DNA from: Anaeromyxobacteraceae bacterium
Lineage (GTDB): Bacteria > Myxococcota > Myxococcia > Myxococcales > Anaeromyxobacteraceae
Length of the DNA stretch: 64,000 nt
Assembly: GCA_047602405.1 (NCBI GenBank)
Contig: JASGHJ010000002.1
Location: forward strand, 1,376,001-1,440,000
Reading direction: 5' to 3'
Positions 32,188 to 42,330 of this stretch are shown here, piece by piece. Below the pieces are notes generated by a model. The model saw only the letters and a program-made list of their open reading frames with translations. It did not search any database and was not told the origin of the DNA. The translations under genes were made by a program, and so were the position numbers. Each line of letters opens with the position of its first letter. Positions within the stretch are counted from its first letter, which is position 1.

Positions 32188-33468
32188 CTAGCGGCGCAGG
32201 TTGATGAGCTCGGTGAGGAGCTGGTCGGCGGTGGTGATGGTCTTCGAGTTCGCCTGGAACGACCGCTGCGCGGCGATCATGCGCACGAACTGCTGCGCGA
32301 GGTCGACGTTCGACTGCTCGAGCGAGCCGGAGATGATCGAGGCGCGCCCGCCGGAGCCCGGCTCGCCGATGACCGGCTGGCCCGAGGACTGGGTCTGCTG
32401 CATCAGGTTGCCGCCGACGCGCTCCATCTGATCCGGGGCCGAGAAGCTCGCCACCGCGATCTGGCCGAGCGTGCGGGTCTGGCCGTTCGTGAAGATGCCC
32501 GCCACGAAGCCCTCGGCGTCGATGCGGACGCTGGAGAGCTGGCCGGAGCCGTAGCCGTCCTGGCCGATGTAGGTCGCCGACGAGGCGGACGCGAACTGCG
32601 AGACGCCGAGGAGGCCGGTGCCGCCGGTGGCGATGTCGTCGCCGAAGTCGAAGGTCAGCGGCTGCGGGCCGACCGCGTTCAGCGGGTTGAAGTTGCTCGC
32701 GGCGGTCTGCGTCTGCAGCGTGCCGTCGGTGTTGAAGGTGAGCGTGCCGTTCGCGACGACCTGCCGGGTCCCGGCCGTGCCGCCGGTGAGCTCGCTGCCG
32801 TCGAGCATGCCGTGCCACTGCCAGGCGCCGGTGCCCGTCTTCGTGAAGAAGACCTGCATCTTGTGCTCGCTGCCGAGCGAGTCGTAGGTGCTGACCGTGG
32901 TGTTGAACGACGAGGTGCCCTCCGGGTCGGTCGGGTCCCAGGTCTGGACGGCCGCGTCGGAGTTGAGGTTCGCCTTGAAGGTGATCTCGGTGGTCGGGTT
33001 CGGCTGGGCGGACGCGGTGCCGACGAGCAGGTCGCTCGGCAGGCCGGTGACGGTGCCGGAGGCGTCGGCCGGGAAGCCCTGGACGCGCAGGCCGCCCAGG
33101 TTCACGAGGTAGCCGTTGTCGTCGATCGTGAACTGGCCGGCGCGCGAGTAGAAGTTCGCGGTCTGGCCGTTGTAGTTGCCCTTCACGACGAAGAAGCCAT
33201 TGCCCTGGAGGGCGAGGTCGGTCGCGATGCCGGTCGAGGTCAGCGCGCCCTGGGTCAGGATCTTCTGGACGCTCTTCAGCCGGGCGCCGAGGCCGATCTC
33301 GCCCGTGCCGCCGATGACCGACTGGGTGAGGGCGTCCTCGAACGCGGCGCGGCCCGCCTTGAAGCCGATGGTGTTCGAGTTGGCGATGTTGTCGCCGACG
33401 ATGGAGAGCTCGAGGGAGGAGGCTTCGAGGCCGGTGGTGCCGGAGGACAGGGCGGTGAGGAGGGACAT
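32188..33468 (-). CDS. flgE: Flagellar hook protein FlgE
   Basis: GDNIANSNTIGFK, DLALQGNGFF, LEQSNVDL, QRSFQANSK. Confidence 0.96.
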   Translation of the reverse strand: MSLLTALSSGTTGLEASSLELSIVGDNIANSNTIGFKAGRAAFEDALTQSVIGGTGEIGLGARLKSVQKILTQGALTSTGIATDLALQGNGFFVVKGNYNGQTANFYSRAGQFTIDDNGYLVNLGGLRVQGFPADASGTVTGLPSDLLVGTASAQPNPTTEITFKANLNSDAAVQTWDPTDPEGTSSFNTTVSTYDSLGSEHKMQVFFTKTGTGAWQWHGMLDGSELTGGTAGTRQVVANGTLTFNTDGTLQTQTAASNFNPLNAVGPQPLTFDFGDDIATGGTGLLGVSQFASASSATYIGQDGYGSGQLSSVRIDAEGFVAGIFTNGQTRTLGQIAVASFSAPDQMERVGGNLMQQTQSSGQPVIGEPGSGGRASIISGSLEQSNVDLAQQFVRMIAAQRSFQANSKTITTADQLLTELINLRR

Positions 33469-33541
33469 GACGGCTTCCTTTCGGTGCTGCGGGCGGTGTG
33501 CTGCGGGCGGTTTGAGGCGGTGACGGTGGGTGGAGAGGGGG

Positions 33542-34222
33542 CTAGACCCCTGGGGCGGTGACCTGGAGGACGTCGGAGAGCTTCACGTGCCGGCCGTTGA
33601 CGACGAGGACCGGGACCTGGGAGTCGAAGAGGAGCGAGGCGACGGTGCCGCGGATGGTGAGGCTCGAGCCGACCTCGGTGTGCGTCTTGTCCCCGAGGCG
33701 GGCGTCGACGGAGACCGTGTAGTCGCCCTTCGCGACCGGGTTCCCGTTCGAGTCGAGCCCGTCCCACTCGAGGGCGTTCGTGCCGGCGCCGAGGGCGCCC
33801 GGCTTGAGGGTGCGGATCACCTTGCCGTTCGAGTCGGAGATGATGACGCTCGTCTCGTCGGCCCTGCCGTCGAGGTTGAGCTCGAACTTCACCTTCTGGC
33901 CGCGGTCGGTGACGGTGACGGCGTCGGTCTTGAAGCGGACCTCCTTGCCGACGAGCCCGGTGGCCTGGAGCTGGTTGTTGGAGGCCTGGGCGAGCGCGAG
34001 CGTGTCGAGGCGGCTGTTCGCGTTCTGGAGCTGCTCGACCGAGGAGAACTGCGCGAGCTGCGCGACCATCGCGCTGTTGTCCATCGGGTTGAGCGGGTCC
34101 TGGTACTGCAGCTGCGCGGTGAGGAGCGTCAGGAACGAGTCCTTGTTGAGCGTGTTCTTCGCCGTGACCGGGGTCTCGGTCTGGGTCGAGGGCAGGTGCG
34201 AGATGCTGGAGGTGACGGCCAT
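33542..34222 (-). CDS. flgD: Hook capping protein FlgD
   Basis: FLTLLTAQLQYQDPLNPM, QLAQFSSVEQ, WDGLD; AGGAG RBS. Confidence 0.95.
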   Translation of the reverse strand: MAVTSSISHLPSTQTETPVTAKNTLNKDSFLTLLTAQLQYQDPLNPMDNSAMVAQLAQFSSVEQLQNANSRLDTLALAQASNNQLQATGLVGKEVRFKTDAVTVTDRGQKVKFELNLDGRADETSVIISDSNGKVIRTLKPGALGAGTNALEWDGLDSNGNPVAKGDYTVSVDARLGDKTHTEVGSSLTIRGTVASLLFDSQVPVLVVNGRHVKLSDVLQVTAPGV

Positions 34223-34232
34223 GGCGTTGCTC

Positions 34233-36593
34233 CTACGCGGTGACGTCGTGGCCCGAGCGGCGGGCCGTTCGGGAGGGGGTGGGGCGCGGCGCCGGGCGCG
34301 GGGGCGGAGGCGGGGCGTCGTCGCGGGCGGTGGCGTCCTGGCCGCGCTGGCGGCCGCCGGGCTCGCTGCCGGCGTCGCGGCCGCCCTGGTCTGGCGCGGG
34401 CGGCTGCACCGGGGCGTCCCGGCGCTCGAAGTCGACGCGGGTGAGCGAGAGCCCCTCGGCGGCGAGGGCGCGGGCGAGCTCGGGCGCGCGCTGCTCGAGC
34501 GCCGAGGGATCGTCCGCCTCGATGCGCACGGTGGCGTTGCCGTCCCGCAGGCGGAGGTGGAGCGCCACGTCGCCCAGGGTCTCCGACTCGAGCCGGACGT
34601 GCGCGGCGCCGTGGCCGAGGAGGCCGGCGCCGGCGTGCGCCTCGGGGGCGGGCTCGGGCGGGCGCGGCGGGGCAGCCGGCGTGAGGTCGCGCGCGGGCGC
34701 GGCCGGCGCGGTCGCCGTCGCGGGCTGCGTGGCCTGGGCGGCGGCGGCCTGGGCGGCGGCGGGGTCGTGCTGCGCCGCGGCCGGGGCGCGGGGCGCCGCG
34801 GTGGGCTCGTCGGCGGGGGCCGGGGGGCGGGCGCGATCGCGGCGCTGCGCGGTGGGCTCGGCGGCGTGGGGGGACGCGAGCCGGGCGGCGGCGGCGAGGT
34901 CGCGCTGGGCGCGGTGATCGGCGAAGCCGGCGAGGCGGGCGTTGAAGGGGTTCGGAGGCACCGCGGCGGCGGCCGGGGCCGGGGAGGACTCCTCGGGCGC
35001 GAGGCGCCTCGCGGCGGTGTCCACGCGGGTGGCGGGAACCGGGGCGGCGGCGGGGCGGGACTCCGCCGGGAGCGCGGGCTGACGAGCGGCGCGCGGGGTG
35101 AAGGACGCGCCGGCGATGCGGGCGGGGAGCGGGAGCGCCGGGAGCGCGCGGGAGGGCGGGGAAGAGCCGGCGTCGGAGGACGTGGCCTCGTCGGCGGGGC
35201 GGGGTGAGGAGGAGGTCGTGGGCGCGGCGGGGCGGGGTGAGGAGGAGGTCGTGGGCGCGGCGGGGCGGGGTGAGGAGAACGTCGCGGTGGGCGCAGCGGG
35301 GCGGGCCTCAAGAGTTTCCGCGGGCGTGCCGATGACCGGGGTGACGGCGGACGAGACGGCGTTCGCCGGGTGAGACGGGTGAGAGACGGAAGCGGTGCGG
35401 ACCTCGGGCCGCGCGGCCGGGGAGGCGGTCCCCGGGAACGCGGAGCGGGGGAGACGCGGAGAAGACGCGGCGAGCGGAACGGGAGGGGCGAAGGGAAGGG
35501 GAGCGGGAGCCGCCGCGGGAGCGGGAACGGGAGCGGGAGCAGGAACGGGAGCGGCAGCAGGAGCAGGAACGGGAGCGGCAGCAGGAGCAGGAGCAGGAAC
35601 GGGAGCAGGAACAGGAACGGGATCACGAGCAGGATCAGGAACACGATCAGGAGCAGCATCGGGAGCAGCAGCGGCTCCTGATGCCGTGGCCGTTGCCGAT
35701 GCCGATGCCGTTGCCGATGCCGTTGTTGCTCCTGCTCCTGCTCCTGCTCCTGATCTTGATCCTGATCCGGATCCTGATCCTGATCCTGATGCCTCTGCTG
35801 CAGCAGCAGCAGGACCAGAAGGAGCAGCGGCAGGACCCACAGCAGCAGGATTGGCGGCAGCACCAGCAGCGCCAGCAGAGCCAGCAGCGCCGTCACCCTC
35901 ACCCGTCCCGCCGCCGTCCCTCGTTCCCCGCGGCTTCACCGCGCGGGCTTCGGGGGGCAGGTTCGTCGGGGTGCTCGTCCCGGCGGCCCTGCGCGACGCG
36001 GCGCGCGGGGGCAGCGCGGCGAGCGCGGCCATGAGGGCGCGGGTGTGCGACGAGACGCCGGCGGCGGCGGTGAGTGCGGCGTCGGCCGCGGCGGTGCGGC
36101 GCGGGTCGGCGGCGGCCTCGTTCGCGGGCGCGTCCGCCGCCGCGGAGCCCTCGGCGGCGTCGACGGGCGCGGCGGGAGGCGCGGCGAAGGTGTCCAGCGC
36201 GGAGGGTGCGATCCCGTCGGCCGGGACGGCCACGGGGGCGGCCTCGCGCTCGAGCGTCAGGGCGAGGCGGGGGCGCGCCTGCGGGGCCTGGGCGGGCGCG
36301 GCGGCGTCGTGCTTCCGCGGGGGCGCGGAGGCCGCGGCCCCGGTCCTCGTCGCGGGCGCCGTCCTCGCCGGGTGCGCGGGCGCGGCCGGGGCGGACGACG
36401 CCAGCTCGGCGGCGGCCTTCGCGGCGGCGAGCGCGTTCGTCAGCGCGCCGTCGAAGGCGGCGGCGGGGCAGGTCGTGGCGGCAGGGGCGGCGCGCCCGGC
36501 GCGGGCCGGCCTGACCGGGCCGGTGACCGGCGTGGGCTGGGGCGCGTCGAGGCGGCCGAGCAGGAGCTGCGTCAGCGAGGGCGTGTGGTTCAC
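34233..36593 (-). CDS. fliK: Hook-length control protein FliK, very long Ala/Pro-rich (786 aa)
   Basis: C-terminal Flg_hook-like domain (VRLESETLGDVALHL...ELARALAAEGL); directly upstream of flgD. Confidence 0.8.
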   Translation of the reverse strand: MNHTPSLTQLLLGRLDAPQPTPVTGPVRPARAGRAAPAATTCPAAAFDGALTNALAAAKAAAELASSAPAAPAHPARTAPATRTGAAASAPPRKHDAAAPAQAPQARPRLALTLEREAAPVAVPADGIAPSALDTFAAPPAAPVDAAEGSAAADAPANEAAADPRRTAAADAALTAAAGVSSHTRALMAALAALPPRAASRRAAGTSTPTNLPPEARAVKPRGTRDGGGTGEGDGAAGSAGAAGAAANPAAVGPAAAPSGPAAAAAEASGSGSGSGSGSRSGAGAGAGATTASATASASATATASGAAAAPDAAPDRVPDPARDPVPVPAPVPAPAPAAAPVPAPAAAPVPAPAPVPAPAAAPAPLPFAPPVPLAASSPRLPRSAFPGTASPAARPEVRTASVSHPSHPANAVSSAVTPVIGTPAETLEARPAAPTATFSSPRPAAPTTSSSPRPAAPTTSSSPRPADEATSSDAGSSPPSRALPALPLPARIAGASFTPRAARQPALPAESRPAAAPVPATRVDTAARRLAPEESSPAPAAAAVPPNPFNARLAGFADHRAQRDLAAAARLASPHAAEPTAQRRDRARPPAPADEPTAAPRAPAAAQHDPAAAQAAAAQATQPATATAPAAPARDLTPAAPPRPPEPAPEAHAGAGLLGHGAAHVRLESETLGDVALHLRLRDGNATVRIEADDPSALEQRAPELARALAAEGLSLTRVDFERRDAPVQPPAPDQGGRDAGSEPGGRQRGQDATARDDAPPPPPRPAPRPTPSRTARRSGHDVTA
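35193..35294. repeat. 33-bp tandem repeat (2 exact copies + 1 variant) inside fliK
   Basis: Unit GGCGGGGCGGGGTGAGGAGGAGGTCGTGGGCGC, encoding RPAAPTTSSSP. Confidence 0.9.
35500..35890. repeat. Hexamer microsatellite / inverted-repeat tract inside fliK
   Basis: (GGAGCA)n/(GGAACG)n, then (GATGCC)n, (TGCTCC)n, (GATCCT)n; A/T-richer than the flanks. Confidence 0.85.
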
Positions 36594-37399
36594 GGCTTCC
36601 TCCCGGAGGCGCGCGCCAGAAGCTTGAACAGGTCGGCGGCGACCGACGGCTCCATCTTCCCGACGACCAGGGCGGAGTCGGCCGGCCGCATGCGCTCGAG
36701 CAGCGCGGCGGCGAGCGGGCGGTCCACCCGGGTCAGCACCGCGGCCGCTTCGGCGGGCTTCATGCCCTTCACGGTCTTCGACAGGGCCTCGAGCGCGCTC
36801 TGGCCGGCGGCGTCGCGCCCGGTCACGTTCTTCGCGGCGGTGGCGGCGAGGAGCGCCTCGAGCTTCTGCGTCTCCTCCTTCAGGGCGGCGCGCGCGTCCG
36901 CGATCTCCTTCGCGAGCGCCTCGAGCCGCATCCGGTCGGCCTGGACGGCGGAGCGGTCGGCGGCGCGCTGGACGGAGTTGCGGCGGAGCTCCTCGACGAG
37001 GGCGCGGCCGGTGAGGGAGGGCGGGGTGGAGGTCTCCGAGGCGGCCTGCGCCCGCACGAGGGCGCCGGCGGCCTTCTCGGCGGCGGGCCCGGGCTCCTCG
37101 GCCCGCTCCTTCGGCTCGGGCTCCTTCGGGTCCTTCTCCTTGCCCCGCGGCGCGGCGGCCCGGCGCCCCGGCTTCGGCGCCTCCGCCTTCTCGGGCTCGG
37201 CCTTCTGGGGCTCGAGGGTCGCGGGCTTCGCGGCCTCGGCGCCGGGCTTCGCCGGCTCCGCGGCGGGCTTCGGCGGCTCGGCCGCGGGCGGCGCGGCGGG
37301 CTCGTGCGGCGCGGCCGCCTCGGGGGCGCGGGGCGCGGGGGCCTCGGGGGCCTTCGGCTCCTCCGCCGAGAGGAGCAGCGCGAGCGCGAGCTCAAGCAC
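36590..37399 (-). CDS. MotE/FlbB-like flagellar protein (MgtE_N-like C-terminus)
   Basis: Signal-like N-terminus, PEP/K-rich linker, coiled coil, KGMKPAEAAAVL...RMRPADSALVVGKMEP. Confidence 0.75.
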   Translation of the reverse strand: MLELALALLLSAEEPKAPEAPAPRAPEAAAPHEPAAPPAAEPPKPAAEPAKPGAEAAKPATLEPQKAEPEKAEAPKPGRRAAAPRGKEKDPKEPEPKERAEEPGPAAEKAAGALVRAQAASETSTPPSLTGRALVEELRRNSVQRAADRSAVQADRMRLEALAKEIADARAALKEETQKLEALLAATAAKNVTGRDAAGQSALEALSKTVKGMKPAEAAAVLTRVDRPLAAALLERMRPADSALVVGKMEPSVAADLFKLLARASGRKP

Positions 37400-38726
37400 G
37401 GGGCGCCTCCGCGGGTCCGAGGAGCTGGGCGAGGCGGGAGAGGGTCTGCGGGAGCGGCGAGCGCTCGTCGGGGCCCTGGCGCAGGAACGCGCGCAGGGGC
37501 TCGATGCACCGGAGCGCGCGGTCGACGCGCGGGTTCGAGCCCGCCGCGTAGGCGCCGACCTCGATGAGGTCCGCGGCCTCGCGGTACGCGGAGAGGACCT
37601 CGCGGGCCTGGCGGGCCAGCTCGAGGTGGCCGGGCTCGACGATGTCGTTCATGACGCGGGAGACCGACGCGAGCACGTCGATGGCCGGGTAGTGGCCGGA
37701 CTCGGCGAGCTTGCGCGAGAGGATGAGGTGGCCGTCGAGCGTGGCGCGCGTCGCGTCGGCGATGGGGTCGCCGATGGTGTCGTCGCCCTCGGCGAGCACC
37801 GTGTAGAACGCGGTGATGCTGCCCTCGCCGGCGTCGTTGCCCGCGCGCTCCACCAGGCGGGGGAGGAGCGCGAACGCGGAGGGCGGGTAGCCCTTGGTGG
37901 TCGGGGGCTCTCCGGCGGCGAGGCCGATCTCGCGCTGCGCCTGGGCGACGCGGGAGAGCGAGTCCATGAGCAGGAGGACGCGCTTGCCGTCGGCGCGGAA
38001 GTGCTCGGCGACGGCGGTCGCGGCGGTGGCGGCGCGCAGCCGCTTCACCGGCGACTCGTCGCTCGTGGCGACCACCACCACCGACCGGGCGAGGCCGTCG
38101 CCGAGGTCGCGCTCGATGAACTCGCGCACCTCGCGGCCGCGCTCGCCGACCAGGCCGACCACCACGACGTCGGCGTCGGCGGAGCGGGCGAGCATGCCGA
38201 GGAGGACCGACTTGCCGACCCCGGGGCCGGCCATGACGGCGATGCGCTGGCCCTCGCCGACCGTGAGGCAGGCGTCGATGGCGCGGATGCCGAGCGGCAC
38301 CGGCCGGGAGACGCGGCGGCGGTCGAGCGCCGGGGGCGGGGCGGCATGGAGGGACGTGCGGTGGCGCAGGGTGGGGGCGGGGCGGCCGTCCACCGGCTTC
38401 AGGTTGGCGTCGACCACGCGGCCGAGCAGGCCGACGCCGACCGCGACGCGGTCGGCGGCCTGGCGGGGGACCACGTCGCAGCCCTCGCCGATGCCCTGGA
38501 TCTCGCCGAGCGGCATGAGCTGGGCCGTGCCGGCCTGGAACCCGACCACCTCGGCCATCACGAGGTCGCCGTCCTTCGCGCGGATCTCGCACGCGGTGCC
38601 GACCGGGACGCGCGGCAGCGCCGCCTCCACGAGCAGGCCCGTCGCGCGCACCACCCGCCCCGTGAGCGGGGTGGGGTCGGCGGCGGCGAGGGCCCGTCCG
38701 AGGCCGGCGAGGTCGACGAGGCTCAC
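37392..38726 (-). CDS. fliI: Flagellar export ATPase FliI
   Basis: GPGVGKS, GERGREV, MDSLSR, GEPPTTKGYPPS, DGHLILSR; GTG overlaps fliH stop. Confidence 0.96.
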   Translation of the reverse strand: MSLVDLAGLGRALAAADPTPLTGRVVRATGLLVEAALPRVPVGTACEIRAKDGDLVMAEVVGFQAGTAQLMPLGEIQGIGEGCDVVPRQAADRVAVGVGLLGRVVDANLKPVDGRPAPTLRHRTSLHAAPPPALDRRRVSRPVPLGIRAIDACLTVGEGQRIAVMAGPGVGKSVLLGMLARSADADVVVVGLVGERGREVREFIERDLGDGLARSVVVVATSDESPVKRLRAATAATAVAEHFRADGKRVLLLMDSLSRVAQAQREIGLAAGEPPTTKGYPPSAFALLPRLVERAGNDAGEGSITAFYTVLAEGDDTIGDPIADATRATLDGHLILSRKLAESGHYPAIDVLASVSRVMNDIVEPGHLELARQAREVLSAYREAADLIEVGAYAAGSNPRVDRALRCIEPLRAFLRQGPDERSPLPQTLSRLAQLLGPAEAPRA

Positions 38727-39340
38727 GCGGTGCCCTCCTCCAGCGCGGAGCGGGCCGCGCGGAAGAGCTCCTCGAGGCGGGTGTCGATCCGGCCGTCGAC
38801 GGCGCCGAAGTCGGTGTCGACCACGCAGTCGCCGAGCGCGAGGCCCGGGTCGCCGGCGACGTCGATCTTCACCGCGGTGACGCCCGCCGCGCCGGTCGAG
38901 AGCGCGCCCTCGAGGAGGGCCACGTGGGTGGGGTTCACCCGCACGACGACCTTCCGGCTCTCGCCGGCCTTCTTGACGGCCCCGCGCACGAGGGCGAAGA
39001 GCGCCTCGGGCGAGGTGGCGACCTCGGCCTCCAGGATGCGGCGGGCGACGAGGAACCCGATCTCGAGCGCGTCGGAGCGGGCCTGCTCGGAGAGCCGCTC
39101 CGCCTGGAGCCGGAGGACCTCGACGGCGTGGGCGACCTTCTCGAGCGCCTCGGCGCGGATCGCCGCCAGCTCCTCCGCGGAGGGCCCCTGCGGCTCGTCC
39201 CGCCGGCCCGCCGGGCGCTGCGGCAGGGCGCCGGCGCGGGTGGGCGGCGCGGAGCGCCCGTTCTGGAACACGGGCGGGCGCGGGTCCCCGCTCTCGGGGA
39301 TGGCGGCCAGGAAGCCGGGGCGGCGGGTCGGGGCGTTCAT
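38723..39340 (-). CDS. fliH: Flagellar assembly protein FliH
   Basis: VRVNP, DPGLALGDCVVDT...VDGRI; between fliG and fliI. Confidence 0.9.
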   Translation of the reverse strand: MNAPTRRPGFLAAIPESGDPRPPVFQNGRSAPPTRAGALPQRPAGRRDEPQGPSAEELAAIRAEALEKVAHAVEVLRLQAERLSEQARSDALEIGFLVARRILEAEVATSPEALFALVRGAVKKAGESRKVVVRVNPTHVALLEGALSTGAAGVTAVKIDVAGDPGLALGDCVVDTDFGAVDGRIDTRLEELFRAARSALEEGTA

Positions 39341-39367
39341 CGTTCACTCGACGTGAGGTCGATCCTC

Positions 39368-40402
39368 CTAGACCATCTTCTCGGACGCGCCGACGATGGT
39401 GATCCGGCCCTGCTGCGCGAGCTCCTGGGCCAGCTTCGCGATTCCTGCTGGGCGGCCTCGACCGAGGACAGCTTGACCGGGCCCATCGCGGCGAGGTCGT
39501 CGGAGAGCATCTCGGCCGCGCGGGACGAGAGGTTGCCGAGGAACTTCTGGCGGACGTCGGCGGTCGCGCCCTTGAGGGCCACGGTGAGCCGCTGCGCGTC
39601 GATTCTCGCGGAGGAGCTGCTGGAGGTCCTTGTCGGCCAGGTTGCCGAGGTCGGCGAAGGTGAAGAGCCGGCCGCGGACCTCGCCGGCGAGCCCGGCGTC
39701 GTCCTTCTCGATCTCGGAGAGCACGACGCCCTGCTGCTGGGGCGCCATCCGGCGGAGGATCTCGAGGGCGGTCGCCTTGCCGTCGACCTTGCGCATGCCG
39801 CCCGCGACGAGCGCCTTCAGCTCGGCGGAGAGGGCCTGCCCCACCTCGCGGAGCACCTCGGGCGCCACCGAGTCGATGGTGGTCATGCGGCGGATGACGT
39901 CGGGGCGGACCTTCTCGGGGATCCGGTCCATGACGCCGGCGGCGCGCTGGGAGTCGAGCGAGGAGAGGACGAGGGCGATGGTCTGGGGCTGCTCGCGCGA
40001 GAGCACCATCGCGAGCGCCTCCGGGTCGGCCTGGGACACCGGGCCGAGCACCTCGTCGGGCGGGGGCGGGGGCACCACGCCGTCGAAGGCGCGGCGGGCG
40101 GTCTCGGGGCCGAGGGCCTTCGAGGCGATCTCGCGCAGGAGCTCGTCCCCCGCGGCCGCGTCGCCGCCGACGCTCTCCATGGTGCTGATGAACTCGTCGA
40201 GGGCCTCGCCGACCGCGCCCGGGCCGCGGGTGCGGAGCACCTTCGCGCCGAGGGCCACGCGGCGGAGCTCGGTCTCGCCGAAGAGCTTGAAGACCGCGCC
40301 GGCGATGTCGGGCCCGAGCCCGAGCAGGACGGCGGCGGCGCGCTGGCAGCCGACGGAGGACGCCTCCGCCATGATCGTGACCTGGGAGACCTGCTCAGCC
40401 AT
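39368..40402 (-). CDS. fliG: Motor switch protein FliG (two compensating apparent indels at ~39603 and ~39443)
   Basis: REQPQTIALVLS, LFTFADL; ALKGA...NLSSRAAEML in the shifted frame. Confidence 0.93.
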   Translation of the reverse strand: MAEQVSQVTIMAEASSVGCQRAAAVLLGLGPDIAGAVFKLFGETELRRVALGAKVLRTRGPGAVGEALDEFISTMESVGGDAAAGDELLREIASKALGPETARRAFDGVVPPPPPDEVLGPVSQADPEALAMVLSREQPQTIALVLSSLDSQRAAGVMDRIPEKVRPDVIRRMTTIDSVAPEVLREVGQALSAELKALVAGGMRKVDGKATALEILRRMAPQQQGVVLSEIEKDDAGLAGEVRGRLFTFADLGNLADKDLQQLLRENRRAAAHRGPQGRDRRRPPEVPRQPLVPRGRDALRRPRRDGPGQAVLGRGRPAGIAKLAQELAQQGRITIVGASEKMV

Positions 40403-41983
40403 GGTGCTGGGCCCTCTGGGCGGCGCCTTCCTGGGCCATCCAGGCCTTCAGGATGGCGGCGGCGCGGTTGGGGTCCTGGCCGGCGAGCGCGCGCGCGCGG
40501 TCTCGGGCGATGGACACCGGGTCGTTGAGGGCCGGCGCGGACGGCGCGGGCGGGAGGGAGCCGTCGGCGCGGGCGAGCGCGGCCTCGATCTCCGCGACGC
40601 GGGCGCCGGCCGTGATCGGCAGGCCGTCGGCCGCCGCGGGCGCCGCGTTGCCGCGGAGGGCCCAGGCGAGGATGAGGAGGGCGGCGAGGCCCGCGACGGC
40701 CCAGCCCACGTAGGGGAGGGAGGTCCGGACGAGGCCGGGCGGCGGCGGGGCGGCCTCGGCCGCGCCCTCCTCCGCCTTCACGAACGGCGAGGAGGTGATT
40801 CTCGAAGGTGTCGCCGCGCCCCTCGTCGAAGCCGACGGTGCGCTTCGCGAGCGCGCCGAGCCGCTGCAGGTCGGCGTCGGGCCGGGGCTGGCCGTTGACG
40901 CCGTCGAGGAGGACCGCGACCGACAGCTTCTGGAGGCGGGGCTGGCGGGCGATGGTGGTGGTCGTGGTGCGGGAGACGTCGAAGTTGCGGACCGCCTCCT
41001 CCGACGAGCTCTGGGTCTGGGCGCGGGTCGCGGTGGCCGGGCCGGGCGAGGTGAGCGGCTGGTTCGCGGCCGCGCCGGCGACGCCGCCGCCCTGCGCGCC
41101 GCCGCCCTGGGACTGCGTGGAGAGGGTGCGCTCGCTGCGGACCGCGGTGGCGTCCGGGTCGATTCTTCTCGGCCTGGGTCTGGACCTCGGTCTGGTCCAT
41201 GGAGGCGGTCACCCGCGCGACGACCGCGCCCGCGCCCACGGCCGGCGCGAGGACGTCCATGACCCGCTTCTCGAGGTCGCGCTCGAAGGCGCGCTGCTGG
41301 CCGAGGGCCTCGCCCCAGGCGCCCTCCTCGGTGAGCACCTCGCCGCGCCCGTCGACCACCGTGACCGCGCGGGCGTCGAGGCCCGGGACGGCGGAGGAGA
41401 CGAGGTGACGGATGCCGGCGAGCTCCTTGTCGGAGAGGCTGCGGCCGGGCTGCAGGTTCACGACGACCGCGGCGGAGGCGGCGCGGTCCTGGTCGCGGTA
41501 GAGGCCCTTGTCGGCGAGGGTGACGTGCACGCGCGCGGTGCGGACCTGGGCGAGCTTCGAGATGGTGCGGGCGAGCTCGCCCTCGGTGGCGCGGCGCAGG
41601 TTGATCTTCTGGGTGAACTCGGAGACGCCGAGGTCGCCGCGGTCGAAGATCTCGAAGCCGACGCCGCCGCCGCGCGGGATGCCGGCCGCGGCGAGGAGGA
41701 GGCGGGCGTCGTAGACCTTGGAGGCGGGCACCGAGAGGGCGCTGCCGTTCGCGTCGGCCTTGAAGGCGATCGCGTTCGCCTTGAGGATCGCCCCGGCCTC
41801 GGCGGAGTCCTCGGGCGTGAGGTTCGTGAAGACGTACTGCTGCTGCTCGGCGGTCTGCACGCCGTTCCAGGCGATGACGCCGACGGTGGCGATCGCCGCC
41901 AGGAACAGCACGGCCTTCAGGCCGTGGGGCAGGGCGCCGAGGAGGCGGGGGAGCTCGCGGAGCTGGTTGAGGAGGGGTTCCAT
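40395..41983 (-). CDS. fliF: MS-ring protein FliF (apparent frameshifts at ~41163 and ~40799)
   Basis: GVGFEIFD, RATEGELARTI, ARVHVT; removing one T at each GATTC gives one ~530-aa ORF ending ILKAWM. Confidence 0.92.
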
Positions 41984-41990
41984 GGTGGGG

Positions 41991-42323
41991 CTACACGCTC
42001 ATCCGCATGACTTCCTGGTACGCCTCGACGACCTTGTTCCGGACCTTCGTCATGACGCGCATCGAGACGTCGGCCTTCTCGAGCGCGAGCGCCGTCTCGT
42101 GCAGGTTGCCGGCGCCCATCGCGGACTTCTCGGCCTCCTGGTCCGCCTGGAGCTGCAGCTTCTCGACCTCGCCGAGGGCGTTGCCGAGCGCGTCGGCGAA
42201 GGAGGACGGTCCCTTCGTCGCCGTGGCGGCGGAGCCGCCCGCCGGCGAGGCCGCCGGCCCCACCTGCGTGGGCAGCCCGTCCAGCCCGCCGATCCCGATT
42301 CCGATGCCGCGGATCCCCGACAT
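41991..42323 (-). CDS. fliE: Hook-basal body protein FliE
   Basis: VRNKVVEAYQEVMRMSV. Confidence 0.95.
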   Translation of the reverse strand: MSGIRGIGIGIGGLDGLPTQVGPAASPAGGSAATATKGPSSFADALGNALGEVEKLQLQADQEAEKSAMGAGNLHETALALEKADVSMRVMTKVRNKVVEAYQEVMRMSV

Positions 42324-42330
42324 GGCTCAC

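Noticed and set aside
35193..35294. CRISPR array
   Set aside because: The 33-bp units are directly adjacent with no spacers, lie in frame within fliK, and no cas genes are present.
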